Source of the DNA: an uncultured Methylomirabilota bacterium
GTDB lineage: Bacteria > Methylomirabilota > Methylomirabilia > Methylomirabilales > 2-02-FULL-66-22
DNA: 64,000 nt
Direction of reading: 5' to 3'
NCBI GenBank assembly: GCA_963705305.1
Contig: OY970067.1
Location: forward strand, 3,456,001 to 3,520,000
The position numbers were made by a program, and so were the translations under genes. Under the pieces are notes generated by a model, which ran no database searches, was not told the DNA's origin, and saw only the letters and a list, made by a program, of their open reading frames with translations. This document shows positions 10,125 to 19,094 of this stretch, piece after piece. Numbering within the stretch: the stretch's first letter is position 1; every line of letters begins with the position of its first letter.

Positions 10125-11249
10125 ATGTCAGACCGGACCATGCACACAGAGCTGGGACCATACCTCCTCTCCCACGAACTGGAGGGACTGTTCGCCGTGG
10201 ACGAATGGCAGCTCACGGACGGCACGGTCCGCTTCCGGGGGCGCCTCCTGGTCGAGTCCGATCGGGCCATGACGGCCCTCACGGCCCGGGTCGAGCCATA
10301 CGGCTACGTCCCCATGCTGCGGAGCGCGCAGGAGATCGTCTTGGTTCGACTGCCGGCGGTCCGCCGTGCGCAGGCGCGGGCCGGCTGGCGGGGCTGGCCG
10401 CTCAATCTGGCCCTCTTCCTGGCGACCGTCGCCACCACCGTCCTGGTCGGCACCGGCGTGGACATCACGACTCCCTTCTTCAGCGGGATTTCGGCTTGGC
10501 TGGCCTTCCTGTGGACGCCGGAGAATCTCCTGCGGGGCGTGTCGTACTCGGCGGCCCTGCTCTTCGTCCTGGGCCTGCATGAGCTGGGGCACTACCTCAC
10601 GGCGCGGCGCTACGGAGTGCAGGTCAGCCTTCCCTACTTCATCCCGCTCCCCCTGTGGCCGATCGGCACCATGGGGGCCGTCATCCGCATGCGGTCCGTC
10701 ATTCCCAACCGCAAGGTGCTGTTCGACGTCGGCATCGCGGGACCGCTCCTGGGCCTGATCGTGGCCGTGCCGGTGCTCGTCGTGGGCCTGATCCTTTCCC
10801 CGGTGAAGCCCCTGGCGGGGGCGGGGCTGCAGGAGGGGAATTCCCTGGCCTATCTCCTGCTCAAGTGGATCATCAAGGGGCCGATCCCCTCCGGGTACGA
10901 TGTCATGCTGCACCCCGTGGCGCTGGCCGGCTGGCTGGGGCTCTTCGTCACGGCCCTGAACCTCATGCCGCTGTCCCAGCTGGACGGCGGCCATATCGTG
11001 TACGCCCTCTTGGGGCGGAGGTACCGGAAGGCCATCTGGGTCTTCGTGGGGGCCCTGGTCCTGCTGTATGTGATCTCGCAGTGGCCGGGCTGGCTGGTGT
11101 GGGTGGCCCTGGCGGTGGCCCTGGGCCTCCGTCATCCGCCCCCGCTGGACGACGTGACCCCGCTGGACGGGCGCCGGCGGGTCCTGGCCTTCGTGGCGCT
11201 GGCTCTGCTGATCCTCCTGCTGCCGCCGCTCCCACTCTATGAATACTGA
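10125..11249 (+). CDS. Site-2 protease family (M50) membrane metalloprotease
   Basis: HELGH zinc motif, IAGP, LNLMPLSQLDGGH; multiple TM helices; promoter-like TTGCGT-17-TATAAC just upstream. Confidence 0.9.
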   Translation: MSDRTMHTELGPYLLSHELEGLFAVDEWQLTDGTVRFRGRLLVESDRAMTALTARVEPYGYVPMLRSAQEIVLVRLPAVRRAQARAGWRGWPLNLALFLATVATTVLVGTGVDITTPFFSGISAWLAFLWTPENLLRGVSYSAALLFVLGLHELGHYLTARRYGVQVSLPYFIPLPLWPIGTMGAVIRMRSVIPNRKVLFDVGIAGPLLGLIVAVPVLVVGLILSPVKPLAGAGLQEGNSLAYLLLKWIIKGPIPSGYDVMLHPVALAGWLGLFVTALNLMPLSQLDGGHIVYALLGRRYRKAIWVFVGALVLLYVISQWPGWLVWVALAVALGLRHPPPLDDVTPLDGRRRVLAFVALALLILLLPPLPLYEY

Positions 11250-12330
11250 GATGGGACCCCCCGGGAGCTCGCCGCCGCTCCTCCCCGGAAAGCCGCCGCT
11301 GGAGCTCTTGGACCGGCTCTTTCGCGCATACGAGATCCGCGACCCCCGCGTGGTCATGGGCCCGAGCGTCGGAGAGGATGCCGCGGTCCTGGATCTGGGG
11401 GATCGCTACCTCGTTGCCAAGGTCGACCCGATCACCTTCGTGACGGAGGAGATCGGCTGGTACGCGGTTCACGTCAACGCCAACGATCTGGCCGTGCGGG
11501 GCGCGCTCCCGTGCTGGTTCCTCATGACGCTGCTCCTGCCGGAGCGGGGGACCACGGAGGGGCTGCTGGCGTCCATCCTCGCCCAGGTGCAGGACGCCTG
11601 CCGGACCGTCGGGGCGGTGCTGGTGGGCGGCCACACGGAAGTCTCCCGCGGCCTGGATCGGCCGATCCTGGCCGGCACCATGCTGGGGGAGGTGGACAAG
11701 GACCGCTTGGTGACCACGGGCGGTGCCCGGCCCGGGGACGCGCTGCTCCTGTCTAAGGGTATCGCTGTGGAGGGCGCCTCGATCCTGGCACGCGAATGCG
11801 ACGCCCTTCTGGCGTCCCGCGGCCTGCAGGCCAGTGTCCGGGAGCAGGCCCGGGCCCTGCTCCACCAACCGGGGATCTCGGTGTTGCCGGAGGCCCGGCT
11901 GGCCCTCCGCGCGGCTCGGGTGCGCGCCATGCATGATCCCACGGAGGGCGGGCTCGCCACCGGCCTGCTGGAGCTGGCCGTGGCCGCCGGGGTGGGGATT
12001 CGGGTCGAGCGGGAGGCCGTCCCGGTCCTGCCGGAATGCGACGCGATCTGCCGCGTGCTGGGCCTGGACCCGCTGGGAGTGATCGCGTCCGGGGCCCTGC
12101 TGCTCGCCTGTCCTCCCGAGGCGTCGGACCGGGTACTGGCCGCCTGGAAGGAAGGCGGGATCGCCGGAGCCGTGATCGGTCGAGTCACGTCCGCCGAGGA
12201 CGGGTGTGTGCTCGTGTGCGGGAGAGAGACCCTTCCGCTGCCCCGGTTTGCCCGGGACGAGATCGTGCGCTTTTTCGATCAGACGCCGCCGCCGGCCGGC
12301 GGCTACGGGTTCCGGGGATCGCAGCCGTGA
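11239..12330 (+). CDS. AIR synthase-related protein (PurM/HypE/ThiL superfamily)
   Basis: GEDAAV..KVDPIT, VNANDLA, VGGHTE and MHDPTEGG motifs; start position uncertain. Confidence 0.8.
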   Translation: MNTEMGPPGSSPPLLPGKPPLELLDRLFRAYEIRDPRVVMGPSVGEDAAVLDLGDRYLVAKVDPITFVTEEIGWYAVHVNANDLAVRGALPCWFLMTLLLPERGTTEGLLASILAQVQDACRTVGAVLVGGHTEVSRGLDRPILAGTMLGEVDKDRLVTTGGARPGDALLLSKGIAVEGASILARECDALLASRGLQASVREQARALLHQPGISVLPEARLALRAARVRAMHDPTEGGLATGLLELAVAAGVGIRVEREAVPVLPECDAICRVLGLDPLGVIASGALLLACPPEASDRVLAAWKEGGIAGAVIGRVTSAEDGCVLVCGRETLPLPRFARDEIVRFFDQTPPPAGGYGFRGSQP

Positions 12331-12377
12331 GGGGGCGCCGCGTCTGAACCGATCCGTCTGAGGCCAAGGAGAAGCCC

Positions 12378-13139
12378 ATGAGCCTGTCAGGTCCCGTCCC
12401 CGCCATGAAAGCCCGCATCCTGATCGTGGAGGACGACCCCGTCCAGGCGGCCCTGATCGGCGAGATCTTGAGCGAGCAGGGCTACGAGGCGAACGCCAAG
12501 GAGACCTTGGCGGAGGCGCGCCAGGTCCTGGACGTGGAACTCCCGGACCTGCTCATCCTGGATCGGGTGCTTCCGGATGGGGACGGCAGCATCCTCTGCG
12601 AGGAGCTGAAGACGGATCGGATGCGGCGGGAGATGCCCGTCATCCTCCTTACCGCCCGCGATCGCGTGGAGGATCGGGTCGAGGGGCTGCTGCGGGGAGC
12701 CGACGACTACATCCTGAAGCCATTCCATCCGCAGGAGTTCCTGGCCCGGGTCTACGGAGCCCTGCGAACCCTGTCCCTTCAGCGGGAGCTCAGGCGACAG
12801 GCCGAGGAGCTGGAAGAGAAGCAAAAGGCGCTGATGATCGCCCAGAGCCGCCTCATCAAGGCGGAACGGCTGGCAGCCATCGGGGAGATCGGCTTGGCCA
12901 TCCGGCACGAGATCAACAATCCGCTCGGGACCGTCCTGGGGTTTGCCGACCTGCTGCTGGCCAAGGGGGAGGAGTTTTCGCCGGACGTCCAGAAGAAGCT
13001 GGAGGCGATCCGGCGGGCCTCGCTCAGAATCCGGGACGTGGTGAGGCGCCTGGAGGACATCCAGGAAGATCGAACCATCGAGTACATTCCCGGCATCGCC
13101 ATGACCGACCTGGGCGAAGAGAAAGCACCGCCGGGCTGA
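12378..13139 (+). CDS. Response regulator receiver fused to a HisKA dimerisation domain (no HATPase)
   Basis: ILIVEDD..LLILDRVLPDGDG..LTA..GADDYILKPF receiver; coiled coil; AIRHEINNPLG H-box; protein ends about 60 aa later. Confidence 0.85.
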   Translation: MSLSGPVPAMKARILIVEDDPVQAALIGEILSEQGYEANAKETLAEARQVLDVELPDLLILDRVLPDGDGSILCEELKTDRMRREMPVILLTARDRVEDRVEGLLRGADDYILKPFHPQEFLARVYGALRTLSLQRELRRQAEELEEKQKALMIAQSRLIKAERLAAIGEIGLAIRHEINNPLGTVLGFADLLLAKGEEFSPDVQKKLEAIRRASLRIRDVVRRLEDIQEDRTIEYIPGIAMTDLGEEKAPPG

Positions 13140-13185
13140 GGCCGATTCGGTTGTCGGACTCGCCGGCTGGCGGAGCGCGACTCAG

Positions 13186-13399
13186 GAGGCTCTGAAAGAC
13201 CTGGCTTCACTCAGGCTGCTGAAAAAGGCCCAGATGCAAGGCGCCGTCACCCATCCCTCGGGATGGGTACCCGGTGCCCATCCGCAGGATGGGTGCAGGC
13301 GCGAGACGTCCTTTGTGCGTACGGCGCAGCGCCGTGGGAGCGCGGGGGGTACCCGTCCCCAGGACGGGTCCCTGCAGGTGGGTCTTTTTCAGCAGCCTG
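13186..13399 (-). mobile_element. MITE family A copy 3
   Basis: TCAG direct repeats at 13182-13185 and 13400-13403; CAGGCTGCTGAAAAAGG..CTTTTTCAGCAGCCTG inverted repeats; three ACCCATCC-N-GGATGGGT-type hairpins. Confidence 0.85.
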
Positions 13400-14323
13400 T
13401 CAGGCGGGGAGGAGGCGGTGCCGTGCCCAGCAGCCCAGGGCCAGCCAGAGTCGATGGATGTCGGAGAGGCGGATCCGGCGCGAGAGCACCTCGGCGGGGG
13501 CGGCGGCAATCCGGTCCAGGATACGGGAGTAGATGGTCCGCATGACCTCTGCGGCTAGCATGCTGCGGCGATCCTCGACGGGCAGGGCCGCCCGGGCGGC
13601 CGCGTAGAACTGGCGGGCGCGCGCCACCTCGAATCCCATGAGGTCGAGGAATGCCGGGGTCACCCGGCCCTGAAGCAAATCCTTTTGGCCGTAGCCAAAT
13701 CGATCGAGATCCTCCTCCGGAAGGTAGATCCGGCCCCGCTCGGCGTCGCTCTTGAGATCGCGGAGAATGTTGGTGAGCTGAAAGGCCGTGCCCAGGTGCT
13801 CGGCATACGTTCGGGTCTCGGGCCGCGTGTACCCGAAGATCTCGATGCAGATGAGGCCCACGACGCCGGCGACCCGGTAGCAGTACTCCTCTAGCTCGGC
13901 AAACGTGGCGTACCGCCCCTTCACGAGGTCCATCTCCACGCCCCGCAGCAGCTCCTCAAAATAGACACGGGGGATCCCGTACGTCCGGATCACTTCAGCC
14001 AGCCGCCGGGTCACGGGATGGCTGGCCTCACCGCGGAAGCAGGCGTCCAGCTCGGCACGCCAGGCTTTCAGGCGTTCCATGGTGGCGGCGCCATCCGGGC
14101 CGTGGCCGCGCGCGTCGGGGGGGGCGGGCCGATCCATCGCATGGGGAGACGCCTGGAGCTCGTCGACCAGATCATCGGTAACACGGCAGAAGGCGTACAC
14201 CGCAACCAGCGCCTCGCGCTGCGGGCGAGGCAAGAAGAGAAAGGCGTAGGCGAAGTTCGATCGGCTGGCCTTGGTGACGGCCTGGCAGATCTTGCGAGTG
14301 GCAGACGTGCCGGAATCAGGCAT
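13400..14323 (-). CDS. hpnD: Presqualene diphosphate/phytoene synthase family, HpnD-like
   Basis: SNFAYAF..YAFCRVTDDLVDE, YCYRVAGVVG, FQLTNILRD..DAERGRIYLP. Confidence 0.8.
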   Translation of the reverse strand: MPDSGTSATRKICQAVTKASRSNFAYAFLFLPRPQREALVAVYAFCRVTDDLVDELQASPHAMDRPAPPDARGHGPDGAATMERLKAWRAELDACFRGEASHPVTRRLAEVIRTYGIPRVYFEELLRGVEMDLVKGRYATFAELEEYCYRVAGVVGLICIEIFGYTRPETRTYAEHLGTAFQLTNILRDLKSDAERGRIYLPEEDLDRFGYGQKDLLQGRVTPAFLDLMGFEVARARQFYAAARAALPVEDRRSMLAAEVMRTIYSRILDRIAAAPAEVLSRRIRLSDIHRLWLALGCWARHRLLPA

Positions 14324-14410
14324 CGGGCATGCCTTCGCCTCCGGTCGGTCGGGACCCGTCCGGAGCGCCTGCGAGCGGCGGTCGCGCCGCGGCCTCCGCC
14401 GTCGAACGGA

Positions 14411-15367
14411 TCAGGCCGCGTCCTTGGCGGCGCGATCGCGGATCAGTTCGGGCGGAAGGGCGAAGTTGACCTCCTCGGTGACGGCCTCGACCTCCTCGAT
14501 CTCGGACACTCCCCGGGTGCGGAAAAATCGGACGACTTCCTCCACCAGATACTCGGGGGCGGAGGCTCCCGCTGTGATGCCCAGGGACTCCACGTTCTCG
14601 ATCCAGGCGGGGTCGATCTGCGACATGTCGTCGATGAGGTACGCCCGCGCGCCGGCGTCCCGGGCGACCTCGGCCAGCCGGTTGCTGTTGGAGCTGTTCT
14701 TGGAGCCGATGACCAGGATCACCGGGACACGCATGGCCAGCGCCTTGACGGCCTGCTGCCGGTTCTGGGTGGCGTAGCAGATGTCGTCCTTGGCCGGGGC
14801 GGAAAGGTTGGAGAAGCGCTGGCGCAGCGCGCCGATGACCGAGGACGTGTCGTCCAGGCTCAGCGTCGTCTGGGTGATGACGGCGACGCGCTCCGGTTCG
14901 GAGATCTGAAGGGTCTGGGCTTCCTCGACCGACCCGATCAGGTGGATGTGCTCGGGCGCGTGTCCCATGGTGCCGACGACCTCATCGTGCCCCTCGTGGC
15001 CCACCAGGACGATGGGGCGCCCTTCGCGGGCAAATCGGATCGCCTCGTGATGCACCTTGGTGACCAGCGGGCAGGTGGCGTCGATCACCTTGAGGCCCCG
15101 GGCCGCTGCCTGCTCCCGGACCTCGGGGGAGACGCCATGGGCGCTGAAGATGACCGTCGCCCCGTCCGGGACCTCGTCCAGCTCGTCCACGAAGATGGCG
15201 CCTTTGGCGCGGAGCTCGTTCACGACATGGACGTTGTGCACGATCTCCTTGCGGACGTAGACGGGCCCCGGGTACAACTCGAGCGCGAGATTAACGACGT
15301 CTATCGCACGATCGACCCCGGCACAGAAGCCTCGCGGCTTGGCCAGGAACAGCTTTCTGACCGGCAT
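14411..15367 (-). CDS. ispH: 4-hydroxy-3-methylbut-2-enyl diphosphate reductase
   Basis: PRGFCAGV, IVHN, SAHG, DATCPLV, DDICYATQNRQ, SSNS, TAGASAP. Confidence 0.97.
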   Translation of the reverse strand: MPVRKLFLAKPRGFCAGVDRAIDVVNLALELYPGPVYVRKEIVHNVHVVNELRAKGAIFVDELDEVPDGATVIFSAHGVSPEVREQAAARGLKVIDATCPLVTKVHHEAIRFAREGRPIVLVGHEGHDEVVGTMGHAPEHIHLIGSVEEAQTLQISEPERVAVITQTTLSLDDTSSVIGALRQRFSNLSAPAKDDICYATQNRQQAVKALAMRVPVILVIGSKNSSNSNRLAEVARDAGARAYLIDDMSQIDPAWIENVESLGITAGASAPEYLVEEVVRFFRTRGVSEIEEVEAVTEEVNFALPPELIRDRAAKDAA

Positions 15368-15408
15368 GACCACTCCCTCGAGATGGGTGAGATTGGGTGA
15401 CATGGCCT

Positions 15409-15446
15409 GCAAAATGGAGGCTATTCATTTTGCCGGAGGTTGTCAA
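15409..15446 (-). promoter_or_regulatory. ispH promoter with an overlapping palindromic operator candidate
   Basis: Minus-strand TTGACA-17-TAGCCT (15446-15418); GCAAAATG-N9-CATTTTGC at 15409-15433. Confidence 0.55.
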
Positions 15447-15517
15447 CCACTATTGTCCTGATCCATCGCCGCGGGGGCCGGCTTTCCGATCGGCTGCGGC
15501 CGGGCGGCGGCGGGCGA

Positions 15518-15546
15518 TTGACAGGCCTCGGATTCCCCCGTATAAA
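15518..15546 (+). promoter_or_regulatory. Sigma70 promoter of the ABC exporter operon
   Basis: TTGACA-17 bp-TATAAA. Confidence 0.7.
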
Positions 15547-15638
15547 GGCGACGAGGCCGCTTTCAGGAGGAGCGCCGGCGCGGCGGGGGTGCCGGGAGGG
15601 CGAGCGGGGGCGGCGCTGGGAGCGGGGTGTCATCCGAG

Positions 15639-16580
15639 ATGGACCTGGCCATCGACACGACGAATTTGAGCCGTCAATTCGGCACGGTGCAGGCGGTGTC
15701 GAATCTCTGCCTCCACGTCCGGACGGGGGAGATCTTCGGATTTTTGGGTCCCAACGGCGCGGGCAAGACGACCACCATCCGCATGCTGTGCGGACTCCTC
15801 CTGCCCAGCGCGGGCACAGCCCGGGTGGCGGGATTGGATGTCTCCCTGGACCCTGAGGGGGTGAAGCGCCGCGTCGGGTACATGCCCCAACGGTTCAGCC
15901 TGTACGGGGACCTGACGGTCGGGGAGAATCTGGATTTCTTCGCCGGGGCGTACCGGCTCTCGGGACGCCGGCGGCGGCAGATGGTGGCGGAGACGTTGGA
16001 GCGGGTGGGGCTGGCCGAACGGCGTCGGGAGCTGACGGATCACCTCTCGGGCGGGTTGAAGCAGCGCCTGGCGCTAGGCTGCGCCCTGGTGCACGCCCCG
16101 ATCCTCCTGTTCCTGGATGAGCCCACGGCCGGCGCCGACCCCGCCTCGCGCCAGCGGATTTGGGACCTGCTGTACGAGGTGGGGGCGGAGGGCCGCACCA
16201 TCCTGGTTACGACCCATTATGTGGAGGAGGCGGAGCGCTGCCAGACCATCGGGTTCATGCATCGGGGGCGCCTGATCGCCTCCGGGTCGCCCGAGCGCTG
16301 CAAGGCGGAGCTGCGCGACGTCATCCTGGAGGTGGACGCCGCCCCCATCATGCCGGCCGCGGCGGCGGCGCGGGCGCTGGCCGGGGTGGCCGGGGTCACG
16401 GTCTACGGACGCACGCTCAGGGTGTTCAGCCGGGCCTCCGCCGATCTGGCCCAGCCGCTGCAAACGGCGCTGGCGGCCCGCGGGGTCGCGGTGCGCGGCC
16501 TGCGGACCGTGGCGCCCACGCTGGAGGATGTGTTCATGTCGCTCACCCGGGGGCTCCCGGAGGAGACGGAGGACTCATAG
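15639..16580 (+). CDS. ABC-2 type exporter ATP-binding subunit (YbhF-like)
   Basis: GPNGAGKTT, LSGGLKQRL, LDEPTAGADP, TTHY, C-terminal PTLEDVF. Confidence 0.9.
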   Translation: MDLAIDTTNLSRQFGTVQAVSNLCLHVRTGEIFGFLGPNGAGKTTTIRMLCGLLLPSAGTARVAGLDVSLDPEGVKRRVGYMPQRFSLYGDLTVGENLDFFAGAYRLSGRRRRQMVAETLERVGLAERRRELTDHLSGGLKQRLALGCALVHAPILLFLDEPTAGADPASRQRIWDLLYEVGAEGRTILVTTHYVEEAERCQTIGFMHRGRLIASGSPERCKAELRDVILEVDAAPIMPAAAAARALAGVAGVTVYGRTLRVFSRASADLAQPLQTALAARGVAVRGLRTVAPTLEDVFMSLTRGLPEETEDS

Positions 16581-16582
16581 CG

Positions 16583-17728
16583 GTGCTGTCGGTTATCATC
16601 CACATGTCACTCAAGGAGCTCCGCCAGATCCTGCGGGATCGGCGGACCCTCATTCTGATTCTGGTGATGCCCATCCTGCTGACCTTCCTTTTCGGCAAGG
16701 CGCTGGAGACCGGCGAACTGCGCCAGATCCCCTCGGTGATCCTGAACCTGGACGGATCCCCGGAGAGCAACGTCATCGCCACCGCGTTCAGCACCTATGA
16801 CGAGGTCGACATTCGGCGGGAGGTGCACTCGCTGAAGGAGGCGCAGGATCTCATGGCGCAGGGGAAGATCAAGGCGGCCATCATCATCCCGAAGGGGTTC
16901 ATGCGGGATATCGAGGCCGGCCGGGAGGCCCAGCTCCAACTCTTGTTGGACGGGACCGATAACAGCTCGGCCCCCATCGTGGAGGGGGTGGCGCAGCGGG
17001 TGATCCAGCGCTACAACGCGCAGCAGGCGATCAAGGGGCTGTGGGAGCGAGGGGTGCGCCCGGACCGCGGCCTGCGGCTCATCCAGCCCGTCTATGTGCA
17101 GACCGAGATCCGCTACAACCCCGGCCTCCAGTATCTGGGCTATGTCATGCCCGGGGTCATCGGGCTGACCTTGCAGCTGATCACCGTGATGCTGATGGCC
17201 ATCACCATCCCGCGCGAGCGCGAGCGGGGGACGCTGGACCAGCTCATGGCGACGCCCATCACCCGGACCGAGCTGATCCTCGGCAAGCTGCTCCCCTACT
17301 TCGGCATCTCGCTCCTCAACGTGGCCACCATCCTGTACGTCGCGGACCGCTGGTTCAACATCGCGGTGGGAGGACAGCTGTCGCTGCTGCTGAGCCTCTG
17401 CGCGCTGTTCGTCCTCTCCTCCCTGGCCACCGGCCTGCTCATCTCGGCGGTGTCGCGCTCCCAGTTTCAGGCGGTGCAGATCGCGGTGTTCTATGTGCTC
17501 CCCGTGTTCCTTCTCTCCGGGGCTTATGCCCCCATCGAGGCCATCCCGGAGTACATCCGACCCATCTCCTACCTGTTCCCTCTGATGTATTTCTCGCGAG
17601 CGGTCCGCGCCGTGACCCTGCGCGGGGCGGACATCCTGCTGGTCTGGAAGGACCTGACCATCCTGGGAGGATTCGCGGTCGTCTTCCTCTACTGGGCCAT
17701 TCTGGCCTTTCACAAGCGGGTGGCGTAG
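16583..17728 (+). CDS. ABC-2 permease (YbhR/YbhS-like)
   Basis: KELRQILRDRRT, YNP, RERERGTLDQL..TP, GKLLPY, LSG..PIE. Confidence 0.9.
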   Translation: MLSVIIHMSLKELRQILRDRRTLILILVMPILLTFLFGKALETGELRQIPSVILNLDGSPESNVIATAFSTYDEVDIRREVHSLKEAQDLMAQGKIKAAIIIPKGFMRDIEAGREAQLQLLLDGTDNSSAPIVEGVAQRVIQRYNAQQAIKGLWERGVRPDRGLRLIQPVYVQTEIRYNPGLQYLGYVMPGVIGLTLQLITVMLMAITIPRERERGTLDQLMATPITRTELILGKLLPYFGISLLNVATILYVADRWFNIAVGGQLSLLLSLCALFVLSSLATGLLISAVSRSQFQAVQIAVFYVLPVFLLSGAYAPIEAIPEYIRPISYLFPLMYFSRAVRAVTLRGADILLVWKDLTILGGFAVVFLYWAILAFHKRVA

Positions 17729-17881
17729 CAGGCTGTTCAAAAAGGCCCATCTGCTGCGTTGGTCCGCTCGGGCACTTGCTGCGGCGTACTGGAAGTACGC
17801 CTCACTCGGCCCTTTGCGGACCGCCTTGCATCTGGGCCTTTTTGAACAGCCTGAGCGAAGGGGCAGACTTTCCGCATCCTG
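17729..17881 (+). mobile_element. MITE family A copy 4 (minimal form, no inserted modules)
   Basis: Starts immediately after the TAG stop; CAGGCTGTTCAAAAAGGCCCA..TGGGCCTTTTTGAACAGCCTG inverted repeat; GGCGTAC-N6-GTACGCC core. Confidence 0.85.
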
Positions 17882-17914
17882 CCTGGTGAGGTGTGCGGCC
17901 GGACCGGGAGGGAG

Positions 17915-19036
17915 TCAGCCGGCCAGGACGTCCCGGTAGTAGCTCTCGTACTGCGGAACGATCAGCTCGCTGTCGAACTGTGTGACGGCCCGCGCGCGCG
18001 CAGCCGCTCGGAACTCGGCGTGGCGGGCGGAATCCTGCAGTAGGCAGAGGGCGGCGCGGGCCATCCCCTCCACGTCCCCGACCTCCAGCAGAAAGCCGCT
18101 TTTTCCATCTTCCACCACCTCCGGCACCCCGCCCACCCGTGTCCCGATGACGGGGACGCCGCAGCTCATGGCCTCCAGCGCGGCCAGGCCGAAGGCCTCC
18201 TCCTCGCTGGGCAGCAGTAGGAGATCCGCCACGGACAGCAGGCTCTCCACGTCATCCTGCTTTCCGAGGAAGATCACGTCCTGGGCCACGCCCAGCGTCT
18301 GGGCCAGGTGAAGGGCCTGCGGCCGGTCCTGCCCGTCCCCGATGAGCAGCAGGCGGGCGGGCATCGTGGCCCGCAGGGCGGCGAACACCCGCACGGCGTC
18401 GGGGACGCGCTTGACCGAACGGAAGTTGGAGAGGTGGACCAGGATCCGCTCCCGCCGGGGGGCGAGGTGCTCGCGCAGGGTGGGACGGTCCGCCGGCGCG
18501 AAACGCCGGGTGTCCACAAAATTGGGAATGACCTTGAGGGGGCGCGCCAGGTCGAAGACCTCCCGCGTCCTGGCGGCGAGGTAGTGCGAGACGCAGGTCA
18601 CCCCGTCGGACTGTTCCAGGGCGAAACGGGTCATGGGGAAGAGCGACCGGTCGTTTCCCACCAGCGTGATGTCCGTCCCGTGCAGGGTGGTGACGATCTT
18701 CGGCCGCGCCCGGCCAAGGATGGACTTGGCCAGGAAGGCCGAGACGGCGTGCGGGATGGCGTAGTGCACATGGAACAGATCGAGTCCGCTCTGGCTCCCG
18801 ACCTCGGACATCTTGGCGGCCAGGGCGATGGCGTAGGGCGGATGCTCGAGGAGCGGGTAGTTCACCATCTCCACTTCGTGGAAGAAGATATGCTCGTCGT
18901 AGTGCTGCAGGCGAAAGGGCAGGGCGTAGCTGATGAAGTGGACCTGATGCTGCCGCTGGGCCATGGCCTTGCCCAGCTCGGTGGCGACGACGCCGCTCCC
19001 CCCGTAGGTGGGGTAGCAGGTGATTCCGATCTTCAT
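17915..19036 (-). CDS. bshA: N-acetyl-alpha-D-glucosaminyl L-malate synthase
   Basis: MKIGITCYPTYGGSGVVATELG, HVHYAIPHA, TTLHGTDITLVG, SNFR..KR, E.FGLAALEAM. Confidence 0.95.
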   Translation of the reverse strand: MKIGITCYPTYGGSGVVATELGKAMAQRQHQVHFISYALPFRLQHYDEHIFFHEVEMVNYPLLEHPPYAIALAAKMSEVGSQSGLDLFHVHYAIPHAVSAFLAKSILGRARPKIVTTLHGTDITLVGNDRSLFPMTRFALEQSDGVTCVSHYLAARTREVFDLARPLKVIPNFVDTRRFAPADRPTLREHLAPRRERILVHLSNFRSVKRVPDAVRVFAALRATMPARLLLIGDGQDRPQALHLAQTLGVAQDVIFLGKQDDVESLLSVADLLLLPSEEEAFGLAALEAMSCGVPVIGTRVGGVPEVVEDGKSGFLLEVGDVEGMARAALCLLQDSARHAEFRAAARARAVTQFDSELIVPQYESYYRDVLAG

Positions 19037-19094
19037 GGCCGCCTCTCCGCGCGGCGCGGCAGATCGCGGGCGGGCCGCCGCGTTCGCGATGGGC

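Noticed and set aside
3125..12330. Single B12-regulated operon including the acylase and AIRS protein as a cobamide-remodelling pathway
   Set aside because: Separate promoter-like sites at 6491 and ~10059 break the run, and there is no motif evidence linking these enzymes to corrinoids
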